Shown here piece after piece: positions 9,886 to 23,952 of a stretch of DNA of 64,000 bases (positions are counted from its first letter, which is position 1; each line of letters begins with the position of its first letter). The notes under the pieces were generated by a model that made no database searches, was not told the DNA's origin, and saw only the letters and a list, made by a program, of their open reading frames with translations. The stretch is taken from assembly GCA_022813865.1 (NCBI GenBank), contig JALDZX010000078.1, positions 1-64,000 on the forward strand, read 5' to 3'. The stretch comes from Xylographa opegraphella (Eukaryota). The position numbers and the translations under genes were made by a program.

Positions 9886-12800
9886 CTAATACGAGTCTTC
9901 ATCTTCATCAACGCTCTTTGTACTTTTCCTCCTCCCACCAAGCGGCGGTCGGCTCCTCTGCTTCTTGTGCGGTGTGCCAGATATGGAGACCGAACCTTTC
10001 CTCTTTGTGGTCTTTGAGCCACCACTCGGAGGCATCAGAGATTCTCCATCATCTTCGACACTCGGGGTTCTCAGACGTCCTCCATCGTCCTCTCCGTCTT
10101 CCACTGGGACTTTGACCTCGTTGTCTATTGCAAGAAGATCCGCAAACTCCCTGCACTGCACAAGAGCGAGATCACGAGTGTCCAGAGCTGACATCGTCCT
10201 GTTGATACTGTCGACGAATTTGTCGCCAGTGATTCCATTGATCTTTGTCGGGGGCTTACCAAGGTCTTTTGATGCCTTCGATTTGTTTTCCCGCCGCTGT
10301 AGGCTAGCACTGATACCATAGATTCGTCGAAGAAAGGTTCGGGCTTCCCATAGCATAGACAATATCATCGACGCTGTGGTGACCTGTCGTAATCTAGCTT
10401 GGTCAATCTCTTCTATTGAAACCTCGACAGTGCTTGATGCTTGTTCAGTAGCACTGGTTGAACTATCTAAGCCAGGCTCTAATCGCACATGGAATACTTC
10501 GGTATTGATAGCGTGCGCTATTCCAGCTCCGGTACTAGCGACAATCTTTTCCATAAAGGATGTCGCTTGTAGCACATCCTCGACACGCCCATAGTCGAAG
10601 AAAGCAAGATTCTCGATCAAGAATCTTGCGTATTGCAGATGTGTTGGGGGATTGGCAGAGACATCGAGCTTAGTGACATCAAAGTCGATCTTGGTACAGA
10701 AATTCGCGAAGAATTTGCTCTGGTATTTGCTCTTGCTTGTTTTGACCACTTCATACATCAGATGTAGCTTTGATCTAAAGGGTTGAGTGGTGCACCCCTT
10801 CAGATCCTTAACCACATCCCGTTGGTAATTGTAAGCCTCTTGGACAGCACGCATATACTCTCTCTCGAACATGGACTCATGCTGTTGATGAAGATTACGA
10901 TGCTGCTGAAAAGCAACCTCTGCAATCTTCGGATTTGTTGATGTCTCCAGCGCCACGAGAGCAGGTCCACACTCCTTGGGATGTACGAGTCCTTGTCGCG
11001 TGATACTTGCAACAACTTCAGTAGCGGTTAAAGCATACGAGCCTTGACTACTCAGGGCAATCCGTAATATATCCTTCAAGAACCCTTGAGCGATGAGTGC
11101 AGCGGCTCCATCATTATCGCTTGCTGTCATTGATCCTCCGAGTTTCCCTTGTGCAAGAGGATCCCGCTCGCCTGAGCTGACCTTCACCTCGATCTGGTGG
11201 TCTTGTACAGTGAAGAAGTCTCTGAAGCTAGATAACACGATTCGTTGTAGTTCTGGGTCATCATCTTTGAGCACATGCTGGAACATGAGGGTGATTTCTG
11301 GCCGGTTAAAATTCTTCGGCCAGGCCTGACAGATCATGCCGATATTGTCCATTGCAACTGACCTCAGATTCACTGGTTGATGATTTGCAGTATACGGCTT
11401 AATGGAATCGATAACACATTCGGCAACCGAATGGCCAGCCCACCATGGAAGCTTACTACTGAACTTCTCGCTTTGCGGTTCGAAATCACAATGCTTAGCA
11501 AAGTGACCGGCCAATAGAATAAGCCTCTTCAATTTCGAGAGCTCTGCATTCTGCTTTACATCAGTAAAGTCTACCAGTCGCAAGCTATGCAGCTTATTAA
11601 GAACGTTTATCTTCATGTTGACAAGCTTTTCGATGTTGCCCAACGAGCTATTGATAGTCCATAGACACGCCACAACTTCATCTAATTCGGCTTTTGCAAG
11701 CTTTGTAATATTCCTTAGGAGGTCTTCCTGGACTTGCTTTAAAAATTCTTTTTGCATAGCAGGGAGAGTTGGCATCACACAGCGGAGGATAACCACAACA
11801 GACCTAAAGATATTGAGATCATCGGCTGTCGAGAGATTAGCAATATATGGCTGTAGATGTTCCAGTTGCGCCTGAGTGAACAATTTAGGGCAGGCACGGG
11901 AGAAGACTGTCAGAGTCTGTAGAATGCTGCCCTGTTCAGGGCGATCCGGAAGCTCTGTTGGGTCAATAATGCCCTGAAAAGCTGCAGCGACCATTGCCTT
12001 ACAGGCAGTGGTGTTTGCATCTGGATTCTTGGATTTGCTGCCCAAGGCCTGTACTAGCAGTGGTTGCATGACCTGTGACGTCCGCCCTCCTCGCTGTACG
12101 GTCCGAATCATTAGCGCTACTTGATCTTTGAGTGCTATTTCCCGTTCTGCGGACGAATGTTGAAAAGGTGTAAGATTCCAAAATGGCACTAGCCATATGT
12201 CCTCAACCATTTGCCTTGCAAGATCTGAGACTCCTTCATCGAGGTCATCAACGCGGTGTAGAAGGCTCTCCGATATCTCTGCCCTGATCTTTTGACTTTT
12301 ACAACGGAGGTACATATCTTTGAGAATTTTCACAGAGTGCTTTCTTATACTCGCAGCGACATCGTTTGTAAAGGTGAGCACCGTCTCCAGGACTTGAGCC
12401 TCGAGAGCAGGCTGCAGAAGAATACATTTGCCAATCAGAGTGAGTGATGAATCACGAACCATCGGTGACGGGTCGGATGCGCTATTGGTGATCAGTTTAA
12501 TGACATGTGGCATGCGGTCAAGAAGCGTTGGGTCTTTCTCTAGCATCTGTGTAACGCTCTTCAATCCCCGTGAGCGTACGGTCGTTTGATCGCTTCGCAC
12601 AGCTCTTAGCAGTATCTGAAAGATCTGATTGAAAGCTCGACCGAATCCCATATTTAGTATAGTTAAGTTGTAAGCAAGACGGCATTGAGTTCCAGACACC
12701 GGATCAAAGTCTCTAAACATAAGTCAGTTGAAGTACAGCTGTTTAGCAGAGAGTTACACTTACCCAGTAGGGAACCACTTAGATCCTGCTTTAGACAGCT

Positions 12801-15624
12801 TGTTTGCTAGCTCTTGTTGGACGGGTGAGGTTTGGAAATCGGTGCTGGTGGAGCCAGTACCCCACAATATCAGCTTTGTCCATTGCGTCAAATAGTAACC
12901 TTGAGCACCAATCGTCTGTAGGTCGGAGCTGCTCCTACCCAGATATTCTAGCACGGCTCGGTAGGGACCAGTCCAAGATAGTAGCGTTCCGTCCTCCAGC
13001 TGATTGACGAGATGATCTTCAAATGCATTTACTAATGTGGTGCTGAGTTCTGAGTCGTCGTTCTCAAGAGCATTTGCCAATTGTCGTGCATTCGCTGTTA
13101 CATCCAAGATAGCTGATCCAGCTGTTCCCAGTACCTCTAAAGCCATGTTCTTCATAGGAGCTGTGCTTTTATCGGAACTTGTTATTCGCTCCATTCGTGC
13201 GAATAACGCTCGTAGCAAAATCTCTGAGGCTGGCCATTCCGGGAGATTCAATACAGAGACCAGATCGCCAACGAACATATCAAGTAAATGTCGATGCGGC
13301 TGGTCTCCAGTCCTTGACGCTGTGGAGGCGCGTGACACGAAGAATTCAACGATATACTGTGCATTGCTCCCAGCTGCGTCATACAGCAGTCTCACATCTT
13401 TAGCAAAATATGCGACTGATGACACCCCATGCTTTCGATCGCCTACCACACGTCCGTCTCTGCTGCCGTTCCCTGCATCAGAACTTTGCTCGGAATCTTC
13501 GGACCCACTGTTCTCGTCTTCAGGACCCTCGGAGTGTACAGCAGCCGCAGAGACATGCTCATCCGATGGAAGTTTCCCTCTTTCTGCTGACTGTGACACT
13601 GAATGTGTTGCGCAAGAGTGTACAAGCCTCATCAGTAGCGCTGAAACAAGTTGTATATTCGTGCCATCCTCCAGCTTATATTGCCGCGCTTGCTGCCTGT
13701 TGATTGGCAATTTCTGTAAAGAAACTAGAATTTCATCCAGAATGAATCTGCGTTGCTCGGAATATCGCAGGAAAAGCTGTGCAGTCAAGTTCATTGCTGC
13801 TCGACGGATAGATTCAAACTTGTGAATTCCCAATACTGATTCTTTTTCCACATGGGCATTCTCAACAAATAAGAGACGAATGACAAAGAACTCAATAGAG
13901 ATAATTGTTGCCTCAGCCAATTCAACTTTCGTGAGAAGCTCTAGGAGTAGTTGCATGATCTTCGCAGCATCATGCAACAAATGTAGAATGACCCTCTTCT
14001 GTACTGATGCAATATCAAAGACGCTAGAATCTGTCCCAGAAGATCTTGACTCAACCACCGGACTCACACAGGTATCCACGACCTTATATAGCAGGCCAAG
14101 AATTCTCTGTAGAAGCTCTTCTGAATATAATTGCTTCTCGTCTCGACCACCTGCCATGATACGCAGTACCGTTCTGGCGGAACGCAGCGCTGCATCCACG
14201 GATTCAGCTCTATCCACCCAATTCGATACTTCATCACTCCCCCATCCGGACTCAATGCGGACATCAAGAAGATCTGCAGAGAGAAGCGCACCCTCACACA
14301 GGTCCTGTAGTTTACAGAGCTGGTTGATAGGAATATCCTTAAATCGGGCCAATGAGATAACCTTCTGCAGACATGAGTCAAGCTTTATATTTGTCTCGGA
14401 GTTGACGGTGAGAACTACGCCACCGTCAACTTCATGCTGAATGAAATATGTCTTTCTCGTCGAGGAACCGTTGCCATTAGTCTGTGACCGTGCGTCATTT
14501 TCAGCCCCGAAAATATCAAAGACCAAATCCTGAAAAGTAGTCAGAGCTGCGTCAGATAACACCCGTTGATCCTTGGATAGTGCCGATGCATCATATCCAT
14601 TCGCTTCATCGCGTTTTCTTTTCTTCGATTCCGCCAGCTTCAGATCCTTAGAGGGGGTCTCGACGGGAAAGACTTTGTAATCGCTCGCGTCAGAAGACCG
14701 AGGCAGCGGCGGTACAACAACCTTTAACTCAATGGTTGTATGCTGTTTGTCAGTAGTGTAACCAACGTTGGCCGGTACAGATGGGTTAAAAGGATACGAT
14801 GCATCATTTCGAGGACGGTATTTGAGCGTCGGCGGAGTAACGGGTAACTTGATAGGCGAGGCCTTGGAAGCTATTCGAGCTGTTGAATCTATAGGCTCAG
14901 GACTGCTGGGTGTAGGATCTAGGTTTCCAAATTGAGCACGACCTTCATCCCTGGTAGACTTACTTACAGCGGAAAGCCACGTCCGTGTTCAATAATATTG
15001 AGTTCGCCATCATTCCAAGTCTTGCTGACATTCCGGAACAAGAATTGGCTGTTGTGGGTGGGGTGAATTTCTTGAGATTGTTGGCTAGTCCTTGGGGCTT
15101 CTTGAACTTGCTATGCCTCAAATTAGGGCCCTAACCGGCAAAAGCACTCATCCTATCTTACAATTGACAAGTACTCGATTGCAGACTGAGAACAGCATAT
15201 TTTGCAGCTTCTGGGAGGCTCTGGCCTTGAACGAAGCTTCCGTCAAGTTGATGTAGTATTTTCCGGGCTTTGTGGAGTTCGGAAGGGTTCGAGAAGACTG
15301 ATTGTTGATTAGGAATCGAGGCACTTGGTATAGGTATGATGCCTTTCTTATAGTCAGCGTCGTAACGTAATCTCGGGGGTTTGGAAGCTTGCCAGAGTCG
15401 CAAGGCACTATCGAGGAAAGAGAGGAGTATTGTAGAGCCTCATTAACCGTCAGAGGTCTGACCTGTCGAGCTTGAATCGTACTATTATTGAGAGACTTCG
15501 CATGATTCGAGCGGGACGGAGAATGATAATGGGGTGCCTTGCGCTGTGGAAGGCCCCGATTTTCAGAGGTCGGGGTCAACGAGGTGGAGTAGGGAAGCTC
15601 CCCCAGAGACGATAGGGGTGGCAT
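9886..15624 (-). CDS. SCC2: Cohesin loader Scc2/Mis4/Nipped-B (5 exons)
   Basis: [31 protein letters not shown] region [44 protein letters not shown]; 600-aa and 944-aa ORFs joined by a short intron near 12718-12762. Start position less certain. Confidence 0.93.
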
Positions 15625-15955
15625 ATGGTCTAAGCATAGGGCGGGTTATCGGGATTGTGACAGAGACATCATCAACAGATGCCGGTCGTCCATCACGATC
15701 AAGAATGTAAGGCCCTCGTGAAGCGACCTTGAATTGGCTGGCGGTCAAGCGGCCATGCCCGCCGCCAAGCATCCCTGTAAGTCATCCCACGCGCTGTCAG
15801 CCCTACGTGCCCACGTTCCTTGCAGATCCCGAGGCACGGAACTTATGGAAAAGCCATTATCTTGGCTCCCACACTACACATTCCAATCGTCGCAACGAAA
15901 CACCGAGATACGAAGAACAGCGTCCGTCGGTAGAAGTAGATTCTTTCCTTGCTTC

Positions 15956-16435
15956 ATGGCTGCCATAGGCTCGTTGGTATTTTGCACAGCTTGCGGAAAC
16001 CTCTTGGATGGGTCGTCGGGAAATGCCAAGGCCATCCTTGTGTGCGAGGTATGCGGAACGGAGAACACGGGTTAGTATCGGATCTGGGACGGTGCTGGAT
16101 GGGCTTAACCTCACTTTCACAGACACCTCATCTAAAGCTATCACAACAGAATCCAAGCCTAGCGCCTTTCCTTCCGCGCTAAGGTCGAAACGGTCAGCTG
16201 TGCAGACCTTGACTGCCGAGGACGTACAGACAGATGCAGTAATACGCCAGACATGCACAGTATGTGGAAGGCTGGAGATGAGATACTACACGCTTCAGCT
16301 GCGGAGTGCAGACGAAGGCAGTACTGTGTTTTACAGCTGCGAGTGTGGTCACAAGTATGTCGCCTGCCTCAATCTCCGCAATACTGGCAACTAATAACAG
16401 CGACGTTAATTGACAGGTTCAGTACGAACAATTGA
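15956..16435 (+). CDS. RPA12: RNA polymerase I subunit A12.2 (3 exons)
   Basis: MAAIGSLVFCTACGNLL..CEVC zinc ribbon; TFIIS-like QLRSADEGSTVFYSC; ends FSTNN*. Confidence 0.95.
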
Positions 16436-16557
16436 TACCAAGTACATTTTCCTGCTAGCTAGACTATCCCGCCTCCAGTATCGGCCTCTGAGCCCCTCCC
16501 GAGGCATGAAGCAACCAGACGCCATACACATATGCCCATTCATGGTGCAGTCCATCA

Positions 16558-17644
16558 TTATGCCTTGATGGCTGCCAGCGGCGAAAACTCTTGTTTTTCG
16601 GGCAAGATCGCATATTCCAGCTCCCCATTCTTCTCGAACTGCGCCATATCCAGCGCAACCACAACGCTGTCTCTCACAACCTGCTCAGGGTCGTCAAGAA
16701 ACCTCCGAAGTATGTTTTCCACGCCTTCCTCGTCTCCAAGACTACCCAGCGCCTCCGCGGCTTCGTGTCTTACCATACTTTCTTCCGTGATATTACTCAG
16801 CGCCGAGACAAGACTGGGTATCGATGCAGGATGCGATAATTGGCCGAACACAAACGCTATTTCATGTCTAAAGAGTGCTGAAGGATCGCTGAAACCGGAG
16901 GCCAGAGCGTGGACAGCAGGAATGGCCGTTGGAAGGTCGGGCGGAGAAGCGAGATCACGGAGAGCGAACATTGCGCGGTATCGTTGGAATAGTGGAAGCT
17001 TTGTATTGAGCAATGTGCCTTGCAATTCCGAGATTATAGGTTGTCGCAGGGTTTGTGGTAGTGGCGGCGCAGGGTCTACTGATACAAAATCACTTTATCA
17101 CGATCAGCAATACTCTCAACTTCCAATACAAGCGCAACTTCAATTACCTCTTCCGTACCTTCTCCAACTTCCTCGCCTCCGAGATTTCCCACTCTATCCT
17201 CTCCACCGCAATATCACATGTCTCCCTCACAACCTCCACCTCTTCTCTGTTATCCCTTAGCTCTCTTAATATTTCCAGGCTCTCCACATCCCCCAAAGCT
17301 CCCAGCGCCTCCGCCGCTTCATGCCTGCACATAGAGTCCTCGCCCTTGTCCTCCAGCACCCTCCGCAAGTAAGGTACAGCCGCTAGATTTCCAGTCTGCC
17401 CCAGGCAGTAGGCCAGTTCATGCTTCAGAAGGGCAGAAGGGGAGGAGAACGCGGCAGCAATAGCCTGGATTGCAGACAGACTTTGGGAAGTTGGGGGCCG
17501 GAGGCAGGCAAGGTGTTTCAGAGAAAAGAGGGCTCGAAAGCGGCGGGCGAGGGGGACATTCTCCGAGACGAGGGTTTTGCGGAGGGCGGAGGTTGTAAGG
17601 TCAGCCTTTGAGTCCCTATTGTTACCAGTAGCAGAGGGAGCCAT
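16558..17644 (-). CDS. LIA1: Deoxyhypusine hydroxylase (2 exons)
   Basis: HEAT-like repeats with His-Glu motifs LLKHELAYCLGQ, RHEAAEALGA, FRHEIAFVFGQ, VRHEAAEALG. Confidence 0.96.
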
Positions 17645-18154
17645 CGGATACGGATTATCGGGACAGTCTTGTGCGCAGATCGGGGGAAGGTTGTGCAAGA
17701 GAATTGTCCACCAAGATTTCCCGGTGGGGTTGGGAGCGGGATGCCAAGAAACTTTAAATCACGACAAACTAGGAGCCCGATCCAGTGAACGATGTCAGCG
17801 ACCTCATGACAGTGAATCCAAAATCCAAGTATGTGTACATTTCAGAGGCAGAGCATCTATCATGTCAATAGGGTTAGCCTGCAATTTTGCGAGCTTACAA
17901 TTTATGGAATACTGCTAACTCCTTCACACGGGTTTTCTCCGCTGTAAGGAGTAATATCAGCAAGAAAGCTCCGCGACAGATTAAGCGCGGTGCGGCTTTG
18001 CGCGGTTGAGCATGGTGAACGAGTACTTCGAAACGGGCACCTCTCTCGTCCATTCATTTTAAATTCAACCCAACTACCCCACCACAGCGAAACACTTTCA
18101 CCTCTGCAATCCAAACCCAAATCCAGTGTCTCAACTCTTCTCGACTCCCTCATT

Positions 18155-18637
18155 ATGGGCTCCGTCGTTCTTCCGCATCTCGTCACCGGCTGGCACGTTG
18201 ACCAAGCCATTATGTCGGAAGAAGAGCGCCTCGTCGTAATCCGCTTCGGTCGCGACTGGGACCCGGACTGCATGCGACAAGATGAAGTGCTATACCGCAT
18301 CGCCGACCGGGTCAAGAACTTCGCCGTGTTGTACGTCTGTGATCTGGACCAAGTGCCTGATTTCAAACAGATGTACGAGCTTTACGACCCCGTTACGTTG
18401 ATGTTCTTTTTCCGCAACAAGCACATGATGTGCGATTTTGGGACTGGAAATAATAATAAGCTGAACTGGGTGCTGGAAGATAAGCAGGAGCTGATTGATA
18501 TCATTGAGACGATTTATCGGGGGGCAAAGAAGGGGCGTGGATTGGTGGTTAGTCCGAAGGGTGAGTTGCTCAAGGGGTTATTTGGAAGGAGTCGAAGCTG
18601 ACTGTTGACAGATTATTCGACGAGGTATCGGTACTGA
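18155..18637 (+). CDS. DIB1: U5 snRNP thioredoxin-like protein Dib1/Dim1 (2 exons)
   Basis: MGSVVLPHLVTGWHVDQAI..VIRFGRDWD..GTGNNNKLNW..GRGLVVSPK|DYSTRYRY*. Confidence 0.98.
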
Positions 18638-19269
18638 GTGGGCGATGTTGTCAATATGAAGCCACCCTTAGCGGTCACGAAGAAAGACACCGCCGATGCG
18701 GTAAGGAAGAAGTTCAAATTGCACTACTTGGGGTAGCTTAAGCCTTGTGTGTTTACTGAAGATTTGGTGGAGTTGATGAATGGTTGGTCTCTCTCTAGTC
18801 TACACTGCTCACCTTACAATTGTGCTGATGGCAATGTTTGTGGTGAAGGCTATCAACAGATGACTGTTCGGAGAGGCTTGATGCTTGTCAACAACGTCGA
18901 ATGGCTGCTGGATGGCGGCATTGCCAGAATCCCTAAACGGTGCCCCCAGTAGATAATTTCAAGAGCAGCTTCAGCGTCTGGTAGGGATATGGGTTCTACA
19001 CAGATACGAAACCGAACCTCTCCCCTCTCCCGCTGACGGATATCACATCCTAGTGCTTCATATTGCTTCCAGCAGAGTCTCCATGCTAGTCGAAAGCACT
19101 TCTGAGAAGAATGTTAGCGAAAGGTTTCAGTGGCCCTGGCGGACTACTTTTCGGGGTGTCCATCTCAACAAATATTTGCAAGCACTAAATCGGAACATCG
19201 GCGGGATAGGGGATAGAGACAGCTATGTAGAGCAAAAGTCTGATCCACCATACCCTGGAATGATAACAG

Positions 19270-21656
19270 CTAGCCTTTCTGCTTTGTCTTCCCCTTCACC
19301 CTCTCCACTAAGTTTTTCAGATCCTCGCCCACTTCGTTCGATTCGTTAGATCTCTCTTTCCTCAATTTCTTCCCTACCCCCATGATTTCATCTCCACCAC
19401 CGTCCATCAATTCCTCTTCTAGACCCTCCCTTCGCCTCTTCCTCCTTCCTTCCTCCAACAGCGCCTTCATTCCCTCGGTCCCTTTGAATCTTGGATGGCT
19501 CGGATCGACGGCAAATTCTGATCTATCAAAGACCGCCCCAAACCGCGGATCAGCCACGTCCATTCGAAAGTCGTCTTTCTCCTTTGCTTCCACAGCCTCC
19601 TTTTCTCGCGCACTCAGCTTCCCTTTCCGGGTTTTCTTCTTGAGCACTTTCTCCGCCTTCGCAATCGCATTGATGTCGAAATGATTGACTCTGCTTCTGG
19701 GTTTAGAAGCCTGATCGTCATTGGCAGCATCATCGTCCACCATCAGCAGTTCGAGTTCCGCCCTTTGAGCCGAAGAAGCAGCATCTGCGGCGGCACGCTC
19801 AGTACGCTTTTTCAGCCTTTGTTCCTTGCGGAGCGCAGTGGCGGCGGTTCTGTCGTCTTCGGGTGCTGTGAAGAATGGATCGTTGAAACCAAGGTCTTTC
19901 TCTGCGTGCTTTTCTTCGAATATTTCGCCCTTTGCAGTTGAGTATTCATCGGCAATTTCAGTACCACCGCGGGTTGCTTTCATTTTGTCCTTGCGACGAG
20001 CCTTCCGCTCTTTCTCCTTGCGAACATATTTCTCGACTGTGGTCTCTTCAGGTTCTGGTTGATTTTCGAAAACGGAGCCTTTCGTTGGGTTTGATGAAAG
20101 GCCAGAAGAGAAGGTGATTTGCATGTCACCCACAGCCCCACTTGAGGGTTTCGACTTGCTATGATGCAATGGTTCGGCTGATAAGCCGAGTAATGCACGC
20201 ATTCGCTGGCGCTCGATGTCCTTTTTCGACAGTTTTGGCTGCTCTACCTCAGCAATTGCCTGTTGCGTATCATTCACGCTGGGTTCCAAGGTACTGTTGA
20301 CAACTACAGGCTCTGGAGCCTCGTCTTCGGAGCTGTCGCTACCAAGATAGGCTTTCAGGTCATTCTCATCAATATCAGCCCGACTACCCGAGAAAGCTCT
20401 CTTCTGCACTTCTCTCCGCGTCTTGTCATCCGTGTCCCACGTCAAGCGTACCTTGCTGTGTTGAAGGGCATCAGTTACAAATTCATTGGGCCGATAACCG
20501 TCAGGTATGCGGTCACATTCGTCTCGCGGCTTGTCGCTGGAGAAGTCCATCTCGTCAGGTATGAATCTAAGGTCGAAGAAATTGGCAGTGGTGAGGTACT
20601 CAGTTCCGTCCACTGAGTTATAGATTGCTTCAGCAACTGAATTCGAGGAACATGTGAGGACGGCATAGTAGTAGCGTAGTCGCTCAAGTTGATACCGTCG
20701 AAGCTTTGCCGAGTCAAACTCCTCGCCTTCGTCTTCTTTTAGTAATGATTTCCTAATCCGCTCGTCTTCATCTTCGTCCTCCACTGACTGTTCATCCTCC
20801 GATTGCTCGTCCTCTTCTGATTCTGGAACCGGCGTTTCTAACTGCTTCGGGGACTTCTTTGCAAAAATTTCCTTCGGAGGACCCTCCATCTCCTCTCGTT
20901 CCATCCGTTCTTTACCAAACTCGCTGGGATAAATTGAGACTCTGAGAATCCGTCCATCTCCAGGGGCGAAGCTCGTAAAAACAGCCATTAAATCAGCCGC
21001 TCGTATATTGTCCCAGTCAAGATTGACCACAGCAATCCGCGAAGTGATTTCGCCGGCCGGGACGCCGTCGATCTGTGCGCCCTCTTCGTCCGCGAAGACG
21101 TCGATCTCATCCTCTCCCACTCCCTCACTTTCCTCGTCCTCGTCAGCCGACGTATCGTCTGACGATGATTCCGAGAAGCCTCCGTTTCTGGCAGGATCGT
21201 GAATATCCCGAACCCGCCTCAGCTCCTGCGAAACCAGCTCATCATTCACGACCTCATCATCCACAACCTTATCATCAACCTCAATATCCACAGCACCCTC
21301 ATCCACATCCTCGTCTTCATCCTCGTCGTCCACCCTGTATAACCTCTCCAACTCCTTCCGACCCGAATCCTTTGGAAGTCGCCTCCCATATCGATCAACC
21401 TTTGCTTTCGACGAGAAGCGTTCATCGCGGAGCATGCGCGAGAAGCGCTTGTCGACCTTGACATGGGTGTTCTTTCTCGAGGGCAGGCGGAATCGCGGGT
21501 CGGTTTGGATATTGGAAAATCGGGGATCCGCTGTGAAGAACAAACGTCAGAATGCCCGAGAGCCGACGCTACCTATCCCTTACTAATACTATCGTTTAGG
21601 ATGGGTCCTCTGGGCCGTGGACCTTTGGGCAGTTTCTGTTTAGTTGGATTGACCAT
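19270..21656 (-). CDS. ESF1: Pre-rRNA processing protein Esf1 (2 exons)
   Basis: DPRFSNIQTDPRF, RIAVVNLDWDNIRA, IYPSEFGKERM, LRRYQLERLRYYYA, FFDLRFIPD, NUC153-like DPRFGAVF..FAVDPSHPRF. Confidence 0.95.
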
Positions 21657-21945
21657 GCTTGATTATATGATAGCAACGTGCTCCACAAGTTTATAGAGGT
21701 GTGCTGCTTGCGAAATCCGCCGAATGTAATGGGTCACGTTACCGTAAACGTCCTCGACAAGAAAAAAAAAGATCTGATGCCAAGGAAACACACCTTCCAC
21801 CCCACTAGGATATAGGATGGCGGCAACAAACCTGCGCTTCACTTCATTTTAAACGCGCTTTGGCAAGTATATCTTTGATATCATCCAACGGAATACCTCT
21901 AGAACATATATTGGCTTATTGTCCCTACTATTGCTACCATGATCA

Positions 21946-23170
21946 TATGGTTTCTCAACTTACTTCCTCATAGTACCTTTCCCAGGAGGCTTGGCCTACT
22001 GGCCGATTGGCTTTTGGGGGGTTCACACCACTTGACACAGAATGAGGTGTGAGAGACGCGCAAGGCCAGAGGCAGAGCCAGGAGTTCGAGTATGACCCAA
22101 CATGGGTGCAACCATGGCAACAATTTGTTGCACCATTGACCATTTCTCAAATGGATTTTGTCGATGTAAGCAGTCAATTGGCAAGCTCACGGAACTCCAT
22201 CCTCAGCGTCTTCAAAATGGCCCATCTTCCACGCGAAGTTACGGACCGGATGAATCACGCTTCATTATCAATTACTCCCTTTCGACATTTCATCTGAGGT
22301 AAACGACAATCTCGTACCTGAGCAAAGGATTCATCAGGGTGCTCTATCACAGGCGGAATTATTTCAGAACGTACATAGACCATTGATTTCTTCCTCTAAC
22401 GCGCCAACGATTAATATCAATGGATTCCTTGGTGAGCCCGAAGCAGTAGCCATGCGGCCGCTCATTGTTTTCCAATGTACGCAAGATCCAACTCCGGTCT
22501 CGAGCCCTGTCGGCGTCAATCTAAAATCTATCTACCAATTAATCTATACCAGCGCTGAGAGAACTAATTGGAGCACAATGTGAAAAACCGAAGGTAGTTC
22601 ACGGGCATCACGTTCCTTGTGCTCGGCAAGTATCGCGCCAAGTACGAATCGGTAGCAGTGATCTGCACCCGATCAGATGAGATCAACCAGATCTATTGCG
22701 AATCCGGTGTTGTCATGGAGATCTCTACGGTGTACCATCTTCGTACTAATACCACGTTCGGTGACATCGGACGAATACCGGGGGACTACAACGATCGGTA
22801 TGAAACAGTCATGGCATGGATAGCCAGTCTATGACTCCATCAAAAGTATGCAGCTAGGAAAGCAGGTTGTCGAATCGAATTGACCTATGTCAGGTTTCGC
22901 AAGCTACTTCTGGCAGTCAGTGCTTTAGAGATGTCGTATCCGTCATACTATTGCAGTGGTCCACATGTTATGGTATATTCGTATCGACAAGTGCCGCACT
23001 CGTATTGGTTCGAAACTACTGGCGGTTGCCCGTCTCTTATGCTCAAGATCCTGCCAGAATGACCTGTTCGGCGCTTGAATCGCTCTTTCCACTATTGTGA
23101 CTGTGATATGTGCCTCGCAGGCATATTCAGCGGCAATTCAAAGAGGTGCAATCTTAGTCTATCTACGCAG
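21946..23170 (+). pseudogene. Possible degenerate orphan gene
   Basis: Consecutive + strand protein-like segments broken by isolated stops and frameshifts, with an intron-like GTAAGC..CTCAC..CAG at ~22167-22206; no family recognised. Confidence 0.25.
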
Positions 23171-23952
23171 CGAAGAGGTGTTACTCTGCAAGGAAATTTC
23201 AAAGAATCGCCAGGTGTGTGCAAATTTGTGATCCCAACGCGAGGGCATAAGAAACATACCCTAGCCGACAAGGATCGACATACCTACAGGGATGTAGCAA
23301 GGGTTTATGTCCAGAGCTTCCAGCTCATGCTCATCATCAAACGATGTTTATTTTCGTAATTTAGCAGCTCAATAGAAGAGGGAGATCATGGTTCAGAGTG
23401 CAGGTTTCGGATGAATGACAAAGGCAATCTTTTGATCGTGTAAGGCATTATAGTGTGGACCCTACCTTACATCGTGTACAAGTCTTATAACTGTATCAGA
23501 TAGGGAGCATCTGTACTCGATAGAGTAAATCAGCTGGACTCGTAAATAACCAAGTACTCATTGAGACCATAAATGCTCTCTTTCGGCAATTCGTACTACG
23601 TTCGAGCCTGAGTCACCCTTCTTGATTGCGATTTTACTGCCTAAATATTGATTTGATCGTTACACGCTTGACCTGAGAGACCATAGGAGCATGGGTGAAA
23701 TACCACTTTGTCCGTTGCACTGGGCCCATGGGCCGCACTACATGCTTACGTAAAAAAATTCCTTGTGATAAGGTTCCTACGACCTCGAACGACTGGACCT
23801 TCTACCTGGACGTTGTCCAAGCGAAGTGAAAGGTGTGTGATGAGATGTTCATACATTCCCGTCTGGTCATCTGTCTCTCTCATGATCACCCCGATCATGA
23901 ACCCCATGAACGCCGCCGCTCCACATAAACCCATTACCGGCTTTTTGAGGGA

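Noticed and set aside
17869..17877. CTAACCCTA (also TAACCCTA at 29707-29714) as a telomerase RNA template or telomeric repeat
   Set aside because: Single short matches in promoter or 5'UTR sequence, with no room or structure for a telomerase RNA.
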